The notes: generated from the sequence alone by a model not told the origin. Numbered from the stretch's first letter, positions 29,070-39,249 are shown. The stretch: DNA of 64,000 bases from an uncultured Candidatus Saccharibacteria bacterium (GCA_964496425.1 CAZBZO010000002.1:2450-66449), one strand, 5' to 3'. Numbers and translations: made by a program.

Positions 29070-30533
29070 TTGGCCTCTTTAGAAGAATTACGCGAAACAC
29101 GACTTGCCAAATTGGCGCTTTTAAAAGAAGCGGGTATGAATCCTTACCCAGCTACAGTTTTGCGAGATGCTTCACTCGCCGACCTACGAGCTTCATTTGA
29201 AGAGCGAGTAGCGAAGGCTGAAAGTATTTCTATCTCAGGCCGCATTATGGCTATCCGCGGCCAAGGCGCTATTCTCTTTGTGGTGCTTGACGACGGTACT
29301 GATACATTTCAAACAGTATTTAAAAAAGATTCTCTCGACGAAAAACTTTTCAGCCTTTTTGTCGACGGTATAGACATCGGAGATTTTATATCAGTTTCAG
29401 GTACATGTTTTACGACTGAGCGGGGAGAGAAAAGCCTGATGGTTTCTACCTGGATGCTTGCTGCTAAGACACTTTTGCCAATGCCTGAAAAATGGCACGG
29501 TATTACCGATCCAGATGAGCGGTTCCGCAAACGTTACCTCGATCTTTTGATGACACCAGCGCTTCGCGATACTTTTCGCAAACGTGCGCTCTTTTGGGAA
29601 GTCATACGCGATATTTTAATACGGGAAGGATTTTTGGAAGTGGAAACGCCGACTTTGGAAGTGACGACTGGCGGTGCAGAAGCACGGCCGTTTAAAACCC
29701 ATCACAATGATTTTGATATGGATGTGTTTTTGCGTATTTCGGTCGGTGAGCTCTGGCAGAAAAAACTTTTAGCCGCCGGCTTTCCGAAAACATTTGAAAT
29801 CGGACGCGTCTATCGCAATGAAGGCAGTAGCCCCGATCATTTGCAAGAATTTACCAACGTGGAATTTTACTGGGCCTATGCCAACTATACGATGGGCATG
29901 GAGCTCATCGAAAAAATGTTTGCCGAAATCACAACACGGGTGTTTGGCACCACGTCGTTTTCAGCACGAGGATACACGTTTGATCTCTCCGGTACATGGC
30001 CGCGGATAGATTATAGAGAAGAAGTTCTGAAACAAACTGGTATTGATATTTTAGCGGCAAGCGAAATAGAAATGAAAGAAAAGCTCACTGAGCTTGGTGT
30101 GGTCTATGAAGGCGACAACAAAGAGCGTCTTACGGACACACTCTGGAAATATTGCCGTAAAAATATTTCGGGCCCAGTATTTTTGATCAATCATCCAAAA
30201 CTTGTTTCACCACTCTCAAAAGCAAGTCCCGAAAATCCACTTCTCACAGAACGCTTTCAAGTCATTATTGCTGGGAGCGAACTCGCCAATGGCTTCTCTG
30301 AGCTCAATGATCCAATCGATCAGCGAGAACGTTTCGATCTTCAGCAGAAGCTGATCGAGCGGGGAGACGAAGAAGCCATGATGCCTGACTATGAATTCGT
30401 GGAAATGCTTGAACACGGTATGCCACCAGCTTGTGGATTTGGTTTTGGCGAGCGACTCTTTTCATTCCTTGTTGATAAACCGATCCGCGAGACGACTTTG
30501 TTCCCACTGATGCGACCCAAAGACAACAACTAA
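29070..30533 (+). CDS. lysS: Lysine--tRNA ligase (class II)
   Basis: PEKWHG, RKRYLDL, GGAEARPF, YRNEG, ELNDP, GMPPACGFG; TTG start. Confidence 0.96.
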   Translation: MASLEELRETRLAKLALLKEAGMNPYPATVLRDASLADLRASFEERVAKAESISISGRIMAIRGQGAILFVVLDDGTDTFQTVFKKDSLDEKLFSLFVDGIDIGDFISVSGTCFTTERGEKSLMVSTWMLAAKTLLPMPEKWHGITDPDERFRKRYLDLLMTPALRDTFRKRALFWEVIRDILIREGFLEVETPTLEVTTGGAEARPFKTHHNDFDMDVFLRISVGELWQKKLLAAGFPKTFEIGRVYRNEGSSPDHLQEFTNVEFYWAYANYTMGMELIEKMFAEITTRVFGTTSFSARGYTFDLSGTWPRIDYREEVLKQTGIDILAASEIEMKEKLTELGVVYEGDNKERLTDTLWKYCRKNISGPVFLINHPKLVSPLSKASPENPLLTERFQVIIAGSELANGFSELNDPIDQRERFDLQQKLIERGDEEAMMPDYEFVEMLEHGMPPACGFGFGERLFSFLVDKPIRETTLFPLMRPKDNN

Positions 30534-30556
30534 TATTTAATATAAAAAATAAATTA

Positions 30557-30587
30557 TCAAAAGCTCCAATATTTTTGGAGCTTTTGA
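30557..30587 (+). terminator. Intrinsic terminator after lysS
   Basis: TCAAAAGCTCCAA-loop-TTGGAGCTTTTGA. Confidence 0.7.
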
Positions 30588-30619
30588 CGTTTATAAATAA
30601 ACATTTTTTAATACTTAAG

Positions 30620-30706
30620 CTGTGGATAACTCTACTTTTGCATAGTGGCATGAAGTGGCATATACTTACATGTAAGTGGGATAAGGTGGGATTTCGAAGA
30701 TTGTGG
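30620..30706 (+). promoter_or_regulatory. mraZ/dcw promoter with DnaA box and GTGG repeats (probable MraZ sites)
   Basis: TGTGGATAA 30621-30629; TTGCAT-17-TATACT; GTGG at about 30645, 30655, 30675 and 30686. Confidence 0.7.
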
Positions 30707-30744
30707 TTAGTCTTCGAAATCCCATCAGGATCTCCAGAAAAAAT

Positions 30745-31179
30745 ATGCTTATCGGCGAATACACACATACCATCGATGAAAAAAATAGAATGTCTTTGCC
30801 GGTCAAGTTCCGCAAGGAAATGGGCTCAACGGTCGTCTTGGCGCCGGGGCTCGACAAGTGTCTGTTTATGTTCACGGTCAAAGAGTGGGAAAAGATTTCC
30901 GCTAAACTCTCGGAATCTTCCATGCTTCAAGCAGACAACCGTAGCTTCAATCGCTTTATGTTCGGCGGAGCAGTGGAAACAGCAGTTGACGGCAGTGGTC
31001 GAATCTTGATCCCAGACTTTTTGAAGGATCGGGCAGGTCTTTCAAGCAAAGTCGCTGTGATCGGGGTGCAAAACCGTGTTGAGATCTGGAATGATAGTGC
31101 GTGGGGCAATTATAAGAAGGTGGTGGAAGCTGAGGCAGATCAGTTGGCAGAAAAGTTGGGGAGCGTGGGAGTGCTCTAG
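30745..31179 (+). CDS. mraZ: Transcriptional regulator MraZ
   Basis: IDEKNR and VDGSGRILIP motifs, VEIW; first gene of the dcw cluster. Confidence 0.95.
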   Translation: MLIGEYTHTIDEKNRMSLPVKFRKEMGSTVVLAPGLDKCLFMFTVKEWEKISAKLSESSMLQADNRSFNRFMFGGAVETAVDGSGRILIPDFLKDRAGLSSKVAVIGVQNRVEIWNDSAWGNYKKVVEAEADQLAEKLGSVGVL

Positions 31180-31186
31180 TAGTTAT

Positions 31187-31288
31187 TAATTACGAATGAC
31201 GAATTACGAATTGAAATATATTAGTGATTCGAGTTTCGCAATTAATTTGCATCAATTAGTAATTATTAATTTGTAATTGTTAATTGCT
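31187..31288. repeat. Imperfect heptamer tandem repeats
   Basis: TAATTAC GAATGAC GAATTAC GAATTGA ... CAATTAG TAATTAT TAATTTG TAATTGT TAATTGC. Confidence 0.65.
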
Positions 31289-32179
31289 ATGCACATTCCA
31301 GTTCTTTTAGATGAAGTTATAGATGGTCTGGCAATAAAAGCAGACGATATTTTCCTTGATGGCACGCTTGGCTCAGGAGGACATAGTCTTGCAGTATGCA
31401 AAAAATACGGCAAGAATGTGAAGCTCATCGGCGTGGATCTTGATGCTGATGCGCTGGCTCGCTCAGAAGCACTACTGAACACAGCTGGCTGCTCATGTAA
31501 AGCAGTGCACGGCAGCTTTGAAAATATCGAAAATATTCGTATGTCGTCTGGCATCACTACCGCCAACAAGATACTGCTTGATTTGGGGTATAGCTCAGTG
31601 CAAATGGATGATTCGGGTCGAGGCTTCTCCTTTCTCCGTAAAGAAGGACTTAGTATGTCGCTCAAATGGCCGCTCGGCGAGAACGATACCACTGCGTCAG
31701 ATATTGTGAACGATTGGAGTGAGGAGCATATTGCAGACATTATCTACGGCTACGGTGAAGAACGCTTTTCACGCCAGATTGCAGCGGCGATCGTCAAAGC
31801 TCGAGCAGAGGCACCGATTCTCGACACTCATCAGCTTGCAGCATTGATTGAAGGTGCAATACCGAAACGTTTCCAGTCACGAAGGATTCATCCAGCCACC
31901 AAGACATTTCAGGCACTGCGCATTGCAGTGAACGATGAGCTCGGTACGCTTGCTCGCGGTATGGCCAATCTGTTTGACTTCTTAGCCCCCTCTGGCCGAC
32001 TTGCAATCATCAGTTTTCATAGCTTGGAAGATCGTATAGTAAAAAATTATTTTAAACAAAAAAAAGAAAGTGGGGAGGGAAGCATTATCACTAAAAAACC
32101 AATCATTGCGAGTATCGCAGAAAAGAAAGCCAATCCCAGGTCTCGCAGTGCAAAATTAAGAATTATAGAAAAAAAATAA
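31289..32179 (+). CDS. rsmH: 16S rRNA m4C1402 methyltransferase
   Basis: HIPVLL, DGTLGSGGH, FQALRIAVNDE, SFHSLEDR, NPRSRSAKLR. Confidence 0.96.
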   Translation: MHIPVLLDEVIDGLAIKADDIFLDGTLGSGGHSLAVCKKYGKNVKLIGVDLDADALARSEALLNTAGCSCKAVHGSFENIENIRMSSGITTANKILLDLGYSSVQMDDSGRGFSFLRKEGLSMSLKWPLGENDTTASDIVNDWSEEHIADIIYGYGEERFSRQIAAAIVKARAEAPILDTHQLAALIEGAIPKRFQSRRIHPATKTFQALRIAVNDELGTLARGMANLFDFLAPSGRLAIISFHSLEDRIVKNYFKQKKESGEGSIITKKPIIASIAEKKANPRSRSAKLRIIEKK

Positions 32180-32180
32180 T

Positions 32181-32516
32181 ATGTCCCATTCTTCACTCCC
32201 ATTTACTACAGTCCCAACATTCTCACACCGTGCCTTCCACGCTCTCTTTGGCATTGTTGGAGCACTCGTGTGTGCGTACGTCCTTTTTTTGGGTCTTACC
32301 GTTTTCAATATCATTCATATTAAAAGTGCTGAGCTCTCTATCAAATCCATAAGCTCTGAAATCGGCACTCTCGAGCAAGAATATTTTTCAAAAGCAAATA
32401 GTATTGACCTTACCTTCGCAAAAGCGCGTGGCTTCACAGAAGCGACCGACGCGCAGTACGCTTCTCGTGATAACCATGTTGCCTTCGGGACTCACTTGAA
32501 TCCTCATGAACTCTAA
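32181..32516 (+). CDS. FtsL-like cell division protein
   Basis: One TM plus coiled coil, AKARGF; located between rsmH and ftsI. Confidence 0.65.
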   Translation: MSHSSLPFTTVPTFSHRAFHALFGIVGALVCAYVLFLGLTVFNIIHIKSAELSIKSISSEIGTLEQEYFSKANSIDLTFAKARGFTEATDAQYASRDNHVAFGTHLNPHEL

Positions 32517-34215
32517 GTCGTTTCATGTACGCATAAAAATCGTCGGTGGTGTTATTGTTCTCTTTTCTTTTGTTCTTATCGCAAAACTATTTTTTATACA
32601 AGTCGTCCATGGAGCTGATTATCGTGATCGCGCTGATCATCAATACAGCACCCCAGCGTCGGATATATTCGAACGTGGCTCAATATTTGCCACGAGCAAA
32701 GACGGTGCTCCAGTCACTCTCGCGGGCGTCACGACGGGTTTTAAGATCGCTGTGGTGCCACGAGAGATCACAGACCCTGATACTACCTACGCCGCGCTTA
32801 CCGCGATTGTTCCCATTGATCGGAATTCGTACGATACCCATATGGACCGTACGAACGATCCCTATGAGGAAGTTGCGACGCATCTAACGAAACGACAGGC
32901 GGATTTGGTGTCCGCACTCGATATTCCCGGTGTTTCTATCTACAAAGATAAATGGCGTTTTTATCCCGGCGGGAGTCTTGCAGCACGAACACTCGGCTTT
33001 CTTGGATTTAGTGGCGAAAACTTTGGTGGCCGTTATGGACTTGAACGGACCTACGAAAATGTTTTAGGGGCATCAGGCAACAACCCTTCGGTCAATTTTT
33101 TCGCACGTGTTTTTTCAAATATCACGAGCACCTTTGAAGATGAAAAAGGCATGGGAGATCTTGTGACGACGATAGAGCCTTCGGTGCAAGCCTATCTCGA
33201 TGATGCCCTTTCTGACGCAGTGGAGAAATGGGGCGCAGAGAGCGCGGGCGGGATCATTATTGATCCCATGACCGGCGCGATTTATGCCATGTCAACGGTG
33301 CCGACTTTCGATCTTAATAATTTTTCGAAAGTGAAAAATCCACTGACATTTGCAAATCCGTTGGTGGAAAATGTCTATGAGTTGGGCTCTGTGGTAAAGC
33401 CCCTCACGCTCGCAGCGGGACTGGATGCGGGAGTTATTACACCTTCCACCACCTATGAAGACAAAGGCTTTTTAGTGATCAACACAGAACGGATCAACAA
33501 CTTCGACAAGAAAGGCCGTGGTGTCATACCAATGCAAGAAATTCTCAATCAGTCCTTAAATACCGGTGCCGCCTTTGTCATGGAAAAACTCGGTCGTAAT
33601 CGTTTCCGAGAATATATGCTTGAGTATGGTTTGGGAGAAAAAACTTTAATCGATATGCCTGGAGAAGTAAAAAGTCTCGTCAACAATCTTCAAAGTCCTC
33701 GCGACATCGAATACGCTACTGCGTCGTTTGGTCAGGGTATTGCGCTTACACCAGTCGCTGCAGTGCGAGCATTTTCTACGCTTGCCAATGGCGGATACCT
33801 CATAACACCTCATCTTGGCAAATCTATCACCTATGCGGACGATAGTGTGGAAACGCTTGAATTTCCTGTTGACAAAGAAGCAGTACTCAAAAAAGAAACA
33901 TCACTTGCTATCACCCGCATGCTCGTAGAGGCCTTTGATACCGGACTTTTGGACGGCAAGTTTAAATTTGAGCATTACAGTGTAGCTGCTAAAACAGGTA
34001 CAGCTCAGATTGTGAATCCGAGCGGGGAGTATTATACTGATCAGTACCTCCACAGTATGTTTGGTTATTATCCGGCCTACAATCCACGTTTTTTGACCTT
34101 TATGTATCTCTACAATCCCAAAGGTGTTGATTTTGCTTCAAATACGTTGGCCTATACCTTTTCTGATATCGCAAAGTTTTTATTCAATTATTATTCCGTG
34201 CCGCCTGATCGATAA
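32506..34215 (+). CDS. ftsI: Penicillin-binding protein 3 (class B)
   Basis: ERGSI, GSVVK (SxxK), SLN, KTGTAQ; dcw context. Confidence 0.88.
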   Translation: MNSKSFHVRIKIVGGVIVLFSFVLIAKLFFIQVVHGADYRDRADHQYSTPASDIFERGSIFATSKDGAPVTLAGVTTGFKIAVVPREITDPDTTYAALTAIVPIDRNSYDTHMDRTNDPYEEVATHLTKRQADLVSALDIPGVSIYKDKWRFYPGGSLAARTLGFLGFSGENFGGRYGLERTYENVLGASGNNPSVNFFARVFSNITSTFEDEKGMGDLVTTIEPSVQAYLDDALSDAVEKWGAESAGGIIIDPMTGAIYAMSTVPTFDLNNFSKVKNPLTFANPLVENVYELGSVVKPLTLAAGLDAGVITPSTTYEDKGFLVINTERINNFDKKGRGVIPMQEILNQSLNTGAAFVMEKLGRNRFREYMLEYGLGEKTLIDMPGEVKSLVNNLQSPRDIEYATASFGQGIALTPVAAVRAFSTLANGGYLITPHLGKSITYADDSVETLEFPVDKEAVLKKETSLAITRMLVEAFDTGLLDGKFKFEHYSVAAKTGTAQIVNPSGEYYTDQYLHSMFGYYPAYNPRFLTFMYLYNPKGVDFASNTLAYTFSDIAKFLFNYYSVPPDR

Positions 34216-34241
34216 GACATGTACTGAGGTGAAAATATCTC

Positions 34242-35552
34242 ATGAAAAAAATTCTCAAAAAAATTATTGTTTTTGTTCTCACGACGCTTGCGATATTGGT
34301 TCTTAAGAAATACGGGCCAAAAATAATAGCAGTCACGGGCAGCGTGGGAAAGACTTCTACAAAAGACGCAATTTTTACCGTACTTTCGACGTTTTATTCT
34401 GTACGCAAAAGTGAAAAAAGCTACAACAGTGAGACAGGGGTGCCACTTTCTATTTTAGGCGCACCATCTGGATGGAATAATATCAGTGTGTGGATGAACG
34501 ATATTATTGTCGGCCTTGACCTCTTACTTTTTAAGCATGAATATCCGACCTGGTTGGTGCTTGAAGTCGGCGCAGATCGTCCAGGTGATATTGAACATAT
34601 TGCACGGTGGCTTAAGCCTGACATTACCGTTGTGACGCGATTTCCCGACTTGCCTGCACACATAGAATTTTTCTCTTCGACCGAGGAAATCATAAAAGAA
34701 AAATCATTTTTGGCTCATGCGACCAAAGAAGCGGGTTTTATTATTCTCAATCGCGACGATGAAAAAGTATACGCACTTCACGACAGTGTGCCACGTGCCC
34801 ATTTCTCGTATGGATTTTCCGATAGCGCAACCTTGGTCGCATCGAACGACGCGCTGTGGTACGAGTCTGAAAACGAAGAAAATCACGGCGCACTTCTCGG
34901 GCTCATTTACACACTCTCTTTTGACGGTAAAACCATGCCTGTGCGGCTTCCTGGCGTGGTAGGACGCGCATATGTCTACATCACCCTCGCAGCTCTCTCT
35001 GTAGCCTATGCTTTGAAGCTTAATATGGTAGAAGCCGTAGAATCTCTGGCTTCGTACAATACGCCTCCAGGCCGCCTCCATTTGCTCCCTGGCATCCGCG
35101 GAAGCATTTTGATCGACGATACCTACAATTCCTCGCCCGCAGCTTGTGAAGCAGGTCTACAAACCTTGGCAAGCATTAAGACCGATAAGCGTAAATTTGC
35201 TGTGCTCGGAGATATGCTCGAGCTCGGACGATTTACCGATGAAGCGCATTTAGAAATAGGAAAATTGGCAAAGCGTAGCGCTGATGTGCTGATTACCGTA
35301 GGATTGCGTGCTAAGCATATTCGAGATGGCGCTCTTGTAGCGCGTATGCCAAAGAAAAATATTCAAGAATTTGTAGACGCCAAAAGCGCGGGAGAATTTC
35401 TGAAAAATGAAGTGCAAGAAGGGGACTTTGTGTTTGTGAAAGGCTCGCAAGGTGTACGCATGGAACGCACAGTAGAGGCAATCATGGCTCATCCGGAAGA
35501 TAAAGAAAAGCTCTTGGTGCGCCAGGAGCCAGAATGGCTCAGTCGACAATAG
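34242..35552 (+). CDS. murF: UDP-MurNAc-tripeptide--D-Ala-D-Ala ligase
   Basis: VTGSVGKTSTK, DDTYNSSP, LGDMLELG, VKGSQ. Confidence 0.92.
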   Translation: MKKILKKIIVFVLTTLAILVLKKYGPKIIAVTGSVGKTSTKDAIFTVLSTFYSVRKSEKSYNSETGVPLSILGAPSGWNNISVWMNDIIVGLDLLLFKHEYPTWLVLEVGADRPGDIEHIARWLKPDITVVTRFPDLPAHIEFFSSTEEIIKEKSFLAHATKEAGFIILNRDDEKVYALHDSVPRAHFSYGFSDSATLVASNDALWYESENEENHGALLGLIYTLSFDGKTMPVRLPGVVGRAYVYITLAALSVAYALKLNMVEAVESLASYNTPPGRLHLLPGIRGSILIDDTYNSSPAACEAGLQTLASIKTDKRKFAVLGDMLELGRFTDEAHLEIGKLAKRSADVLITVGLRAKHIRDGALVARMPKKNIQEFVDAKSAGEFLKNEVQEGDFVFVKGSQGVRMERTVEAIMAHPEDKEKLLVRQEPEWLSRQ

Positions 35553-35602
35553 AAAAGACATTTAGTAAATTAGCTAATCCATCTAGATTAGCATCCTGAA
35601 AA

Positions 35603-36361
35603 CTAGTCCGTGTATTCTCCGAACGGATAGAAAAAGCTTTCAGCGTTTTTGATACGACCTTTGAAAAGTAGATGCAACATTTCTCCATCCTTAAACATCC
35701 ACGAATAGCCATATTTGATGAGTCGGCGAGCTGATATGGGCCACTTGACCCTAATCTGATGATATGGCCCATATTTGGATGCACGCATAGAATAGTCTAC
35801 ATCCTCTCCAAGAAGTATATTGGTATCAAAACCACCTAATGCATGAAATACTTCTCGTGTCGTAGTCAATCCTGCGCCGCCAAAATATGGCCGTTTCAGC
35901 GCTAGAAGCAAACGCTGCACATACACCAACACTTTATGTATGAGAGCGATTCTGATTCCTGGTTCAATTGGCACTAATATTGGGCTCGCTACAACACTTT
36001 TTTTGTGAATAAAGTGAGAAATATAACAAACAAACGCCTCATGTGAGGGGGCGACCATGTCTGCATCACAAAACATAAATAATGAATGACGCGCTACCTC
36101 TGCTCCCAGATTACGCTGTAGAGAGATTCCTCGCTTTGAGGCCTGGATAAGGCGCAGAGAAGAATCACCGGAGAAATGAATTTGATGCTCTTGTACGATC
36201 CGAACAGTGCCATCGGTGGAATTGCCATCGACAACGATTATATCGAGAGGAGAGTTAATATTTCGCAGTGAACATAAAAGCACTGGCAAGTATTTTTCTT
36301 CGTTCAGAGTTGGAATAATAATAGAAACAGATGGAATTGCTTGGATCGGAATACGAGACAT
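35603..36361 (-). CDS. Glycosyltransferase family 2
   Basis: SIIIPTLNEE, VVDGNSTDGT, DAD, GGFD, GED. Confidence 0.9.
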   Translation of the reverse strand: MSRIPIQAIPSVSIIIPTLNEEKYLPVLLCSLRNINSPLDIIVVDGNSTDGTVRIVQEHQIHFSGDSSLRLIQASKRGISLQRNLGAEVARHSLFMFCDADMVAPSHEAFVCYISHFIHKKSVVASPILVPIEPGIRIALIHKVLVYVQRLLLALKRPYFGGAGLTTTREVFHALGGFDTNILLGEDVDYSMRASKYGPYHQIRVKWPISARRLIKYGYSWMFKDGEMLHLLFKGRIKNAESFFYPFGEYTD

Positions 36362-36603
36362 GAATCAAGTCTACACCCTTACTGGAGTTTGTCATATTTT
36401 AAAACTTCAAACAAAACTTTCATAAATTTTATGAAGGATATAATATTTCTTTAATAAAATGGAACTTTTAAGCCCTGTGATATGTCGGGCTTGTTTTTTG
36501 GAAAGAGGTAAAACTCTTTATTTTTGGTATAAAAAATGCTATTGTCTTGGTGGTTTCAGGCTTGGCAAATAGTAATTCTTCATTGGTAATTAGTATTTAT
36601 ATT

Positions 36604-36675
36604 GGCCCTATCGTCTAACGGTTAGGACGAGTCCTTCTCAAGGATTAAATCAGAGTTCGATTCTCTGTAGGGTCA
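36604..36675 (+). tRNA. tRNA-Glu(CTC)
   Basis: GGCCCTA/TAGGGTC stem, loop TTCTCAA, GTTCGATTC. Confidence 0.93.
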
Positions 36676-36835
36676 CAAAACGTAGAAAGCAGACAAACTG
36701 CTTTGTCTGCGAGCGTTTTGTGAAGCCACAGTCATGCTGCTTGCAGTAGACGAGGCGGGGTCGGCAAGTACTTAGTCCGCGCAATCACTTGTGATGAGCA
36801 GACTTAGTAACTTGTGATCACATAAAATTTTTATG
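36673..36835 (+). repeat. Structured element abutting the tRNA-Glu 3' end
   Basis: TCACAAAACG...CGTTTTGTGA outer stem; GCAGACAAA-CTGC-TTTGTCTGC hairpin; CGAGGCGGG...TGTGATC. Confidence 0.5.
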
Positions 36836-36867
36836 CAAAGCATATCAATTAACTAACAATTCTAAAA

Positions 36868-37404
36868 ATGAAAATCTATATCATTCGGCACGGACAGACA
36901 GAGCTCAATGTAAAAGGCCTTATCAACGGCCATATCGATGACTGCCTTACTCAAGAAGGTGAAGAAGCAGCGCGAAGCGCAGCCCTAATCTTGCCAGATA
37001 CCATAAAACACATTTACTCTTCACCTCTTCTTCGCGCCAAGCAGACTGCGGAAATAATAAATGAAAGACTCAAAGTTTTACTGACTTTTCACGATGAACT
37101 CAAAGAAGCGAACTTTGGCGACCTCAACGGCACACCGTTTCTTGACGAGTATAAAAAAAGACATGCCGCGCAGGATTATGATTGGCGACCCTCGGGTGAG
37201 TGTTTTGAAGACGTAAAAAAGAGAGTACTCGATATCCTCAGTATCATTGTGGCCAAAAATGGAGATGGGGAAGTGCTGATCGTCGCACATGGTGGTATTA
37301 TCAGGCTTCTTCACCTTCTTGAGTACGGCGAAGTTATGGGTGACATCGGCAATGTTGCTCTGTATGACTTTGATTTGGATGCAATACTACTGAAGCATAA
37401 ATAA
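36868..37404 (+). CDS. Histidine phosphatase family protein
   Basis: RHGQT, SSPLLRA.QTA, VAHGG. Confidence 0.92.
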   Translation: MKIYIIRHGQTELNVKGLINGHIDDCLTQEGEEAARSAALILPDTIKHIYSSPLLRAKQTAEIINERLKVLLTFHDELKEANFGDLNGTPFLDEYKKRHAAQDYDWRPSGECFEDVKKRVLDILSIIVAKNGDGEVLIVAHGGIIRLLHLLEYGEVMGDIGNVALYDFDLDAILLKHK

Positions 37405-37411
37405 ATATTTC

Positions 37412-37999
37412 ATGACTTTAAAAATTATCATTAGCATAATCGCCATTATCCTCACGTTTATTGGATACGGTGTATATATCCGAGATATTTTGAAAGGTAA
37501 AATAAAGCCGCATACATTTACGTTTTTAATTTGGGGTGTAGCAAGTACGATTACTTGGGCGCTTCAAGTATATGGGGGAGCTGGAGTTGGAGCATGGATT
37601 ACATTTGTCGTATCGGCGATTTGTATTTTTATATTCTTCCTTTGTTTGAAATATGGTGAAAAGCGTATAACTTCTCTCGATGTTCTCTTTTTCTTCCTCT
37701 CTTTATTCGCACTTTTTTTGTGGCTGGTCGTAAAGCAACCAGTCTGGTCTATTATTTTGCTTGTAGCAAGTGATTTGCTGGGCTTTGCTCCAACAATCCG
37801 TAAGTCATGGAACAAACCTCACGAAGAAGGCCTTTTTACTTGGGAGCTGACTGCATTCCGTCATGCGCTCGGTATCATCGCTCTCGAAAAATTTAATATT
37901 CTCACCCTTCTCTATCCTGTGGCGTGGACAATAGCTAATCTGCTTTTTAGTATATTTATCATTGTGCGAAGAAAACAAATGGGTAAAGATCAAAAATAG
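37412..37999 (+). CDS. Multi-pass membrane protein
   Basis: About seven TM helices with an internal twofold pattern (YIRDILKGKIKPH / PTIRKSWNKPHEE). Confidence 0.7.
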   Translation: MTLKIIISIIAIILTFIGYGVYIRDILKGKIKPHTFTFLIWGVASTITWALQVYGGAGVGAWITFVVSAICIFIFFLCLKYGEKRITSLDVLFFFLSLFALFLWLVVKQPVWSIILLVASDLLGFAPTIRKSWNKPHEEGLFTWELTAFRHALGIIALEKFNILTLLYPVAWTIANLLFSIFIIVRRKQMGKDQK

Positions 38000-38041
38000 T
38001 AGCATTTTTGCCTCATACGCAATATGGTATTATGTCCCCAT

Positions 38042-38458
38042 ATGGAACTGGAAGAAAAAGTCGGGGAGGATGGCAAGCATGTTAGTCCGCATTTGCCCGA
38101 GGGGATGAAAAACTATCTGATCGACATTGACGGCACGATATGCGAGGACATTCCCAACGAAGAACCTGCGCGTATGCTCACTGCAGAAGAGTTTCCAGAA
38201 GCGCGTGAAATCATCAATGGCTGGTACGACGAGGGGCACATCATCACTTTTTTTACGTCTCGCACCGAAGCTCACCGAGCATATACCGAAGCGTGGCTCG
38301 CTGATCATGGCTTCAAGTATCACCACATCCTTTTTGGCAAACCCCGCGGTGGCAATTATCACTGGATCGATAATCATACCGTGAGAGCGACACGCTATAT
38401 CGGTAAATTTACGGAGTTTGTGAAAGCGCAGAAGGAAATTTTAGTCTTCGAAGAGTAG
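38042..38458 (+). CDS. Small HAD-superfamily phosphatase
   Basis: DIDGTI motif I, FTSR motif II, GKP, IDN. Confidence 0.8.
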   Translation: MELEEKVGEDGKHVSPHLPEGMKNYLIDIDGTICEDIPNEEPARMLTAEEFPEAREIINGWYDEGHIITFFTSRTEAHRAYTEAWLADHGFKYHHILFGKPRGGNYHWIDNHTVRATRYIGKFTEFVKAQKEILVFEE

Positions 38459-38780
38459 GGTTGACCCGGTAGTGAGACTTCGTCTTGTTATGTTCTATAC
38501 CTATTGTTTGCAAAGTAAAAAAGATGGTGAAGAGTTATATTTTGGGTATACCCGCGATCTAAAAGCTCGGGTTCTTGAACATAACTCTGGGCAGAACACT
38601 TCTACAAAAAGATATATGCCCTGGAGAATTATTTATTACGAAGCTTGCTTACTCGAAAGCGACGCACGTAGACGAGAAAAATATCTTAAAACAAGTATGG
38701 GCAGAAGGATGTTCAAAAGGAGGCTAAAAGATTATTTTAAAAAAGTTCTGCCCTAGACGAAGCTCTACTACCGGGTTGAC
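38458..38780. mobile_element. GIY-YIG gene cassette bounded by inverted and direct repeats
   Basis: ACCCGGTAGTGAGACTTCGTCT (38464-38485) is an imperfect inverted repeat of AGACGAAGCTCTACTACCGGGT (38755-38776); GGGTTGAC occurs at both ends. Confidence 0.55.
38490..38756 (+). CDS. Stand-alone GIY-YIG nuclease (SLX1/UPF0213-like)
   Basis: FYTYCL..LYFGYT.DL..R..EHN.G...TK..PW..YYE..A..REKYLK. Confidence 0.9.
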   Translation: MFYTYCLQSKKDGEELYFGYTRDLKARVLEHNSGQNTSTKRYMPWRIIYYEACLLESDARRREKYLKTSMGRRMFKRRLKDYFKKVLP

Positions 38781-38831
38781 GCGTGTGATATAATTACATT
38801 GTAAGAGAATTAATAATTTAGGAGTTACAAA

Positions 38832-39071
38832 ATGAAAAAAGTATCCATTTACACCACCGTTTCCTGCCACTTCTGTCATATGGCTAAAGAATTTTTTAAA
38901 GAAAAGGGCGTAGAGTTTGAAGAATATAATGTCGGTACTGATGCTGCACGTCGGAGCGAAATGGTAGAAATCACTGGCCAAATGGGAGTGCCAGTCATCC
39001 GCATCGACAACGATGTCATCATCGGATTCAATAAACCAAAAGTCGTAGAACTCCTGGGGCTGACCGGGTAA
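38832..39071 (+). CDS. Glutaredoxin/NrdH-like redoxin
   Basis: CHFC active site, GVPV, IIGF; AGGAG RBS. Confidence 0.92.
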   Translation: MKKVSIYTTVSCHFCHMAKEFFKEKGVEFEEYNVGTDAARRSEMVEITGQMGVPVIRIDNDVIIGFNKPKVVELLGLTG

Positions 39072-39154
39072 TGGTCAGCATCTGTAGACGAGCTTTAAGA
39101 ATAGAGCTAAATATACTAAGATACAGAAGCACTCGATAGCGAGTGTTTTTGTTT

Positions 39155-39226
39155 GCCCTCGTAGTTCAATGGATAGAACAGTCCCGTCCTAAGGGATAGA
39201 TGTACGTTCGATTCGTGCCGAGGGCA
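39155..39226 (+). tRNA. tRNA-Arg(CCT)
   Basis: GCCCTCG/CGAGGGC stem, loop GTCCTAA, GTTCGATTC. Confidence 0.9.
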
Positions 39227-39249
39227 CAATTTTAGACATTGGTACTGGG

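Noticed and set aside
30620-30631. Replication origin at the DnaA box
   Set aside because: It is a single box with no cluster, no obvious unwinding element and no dnaA/dnaN nearby.
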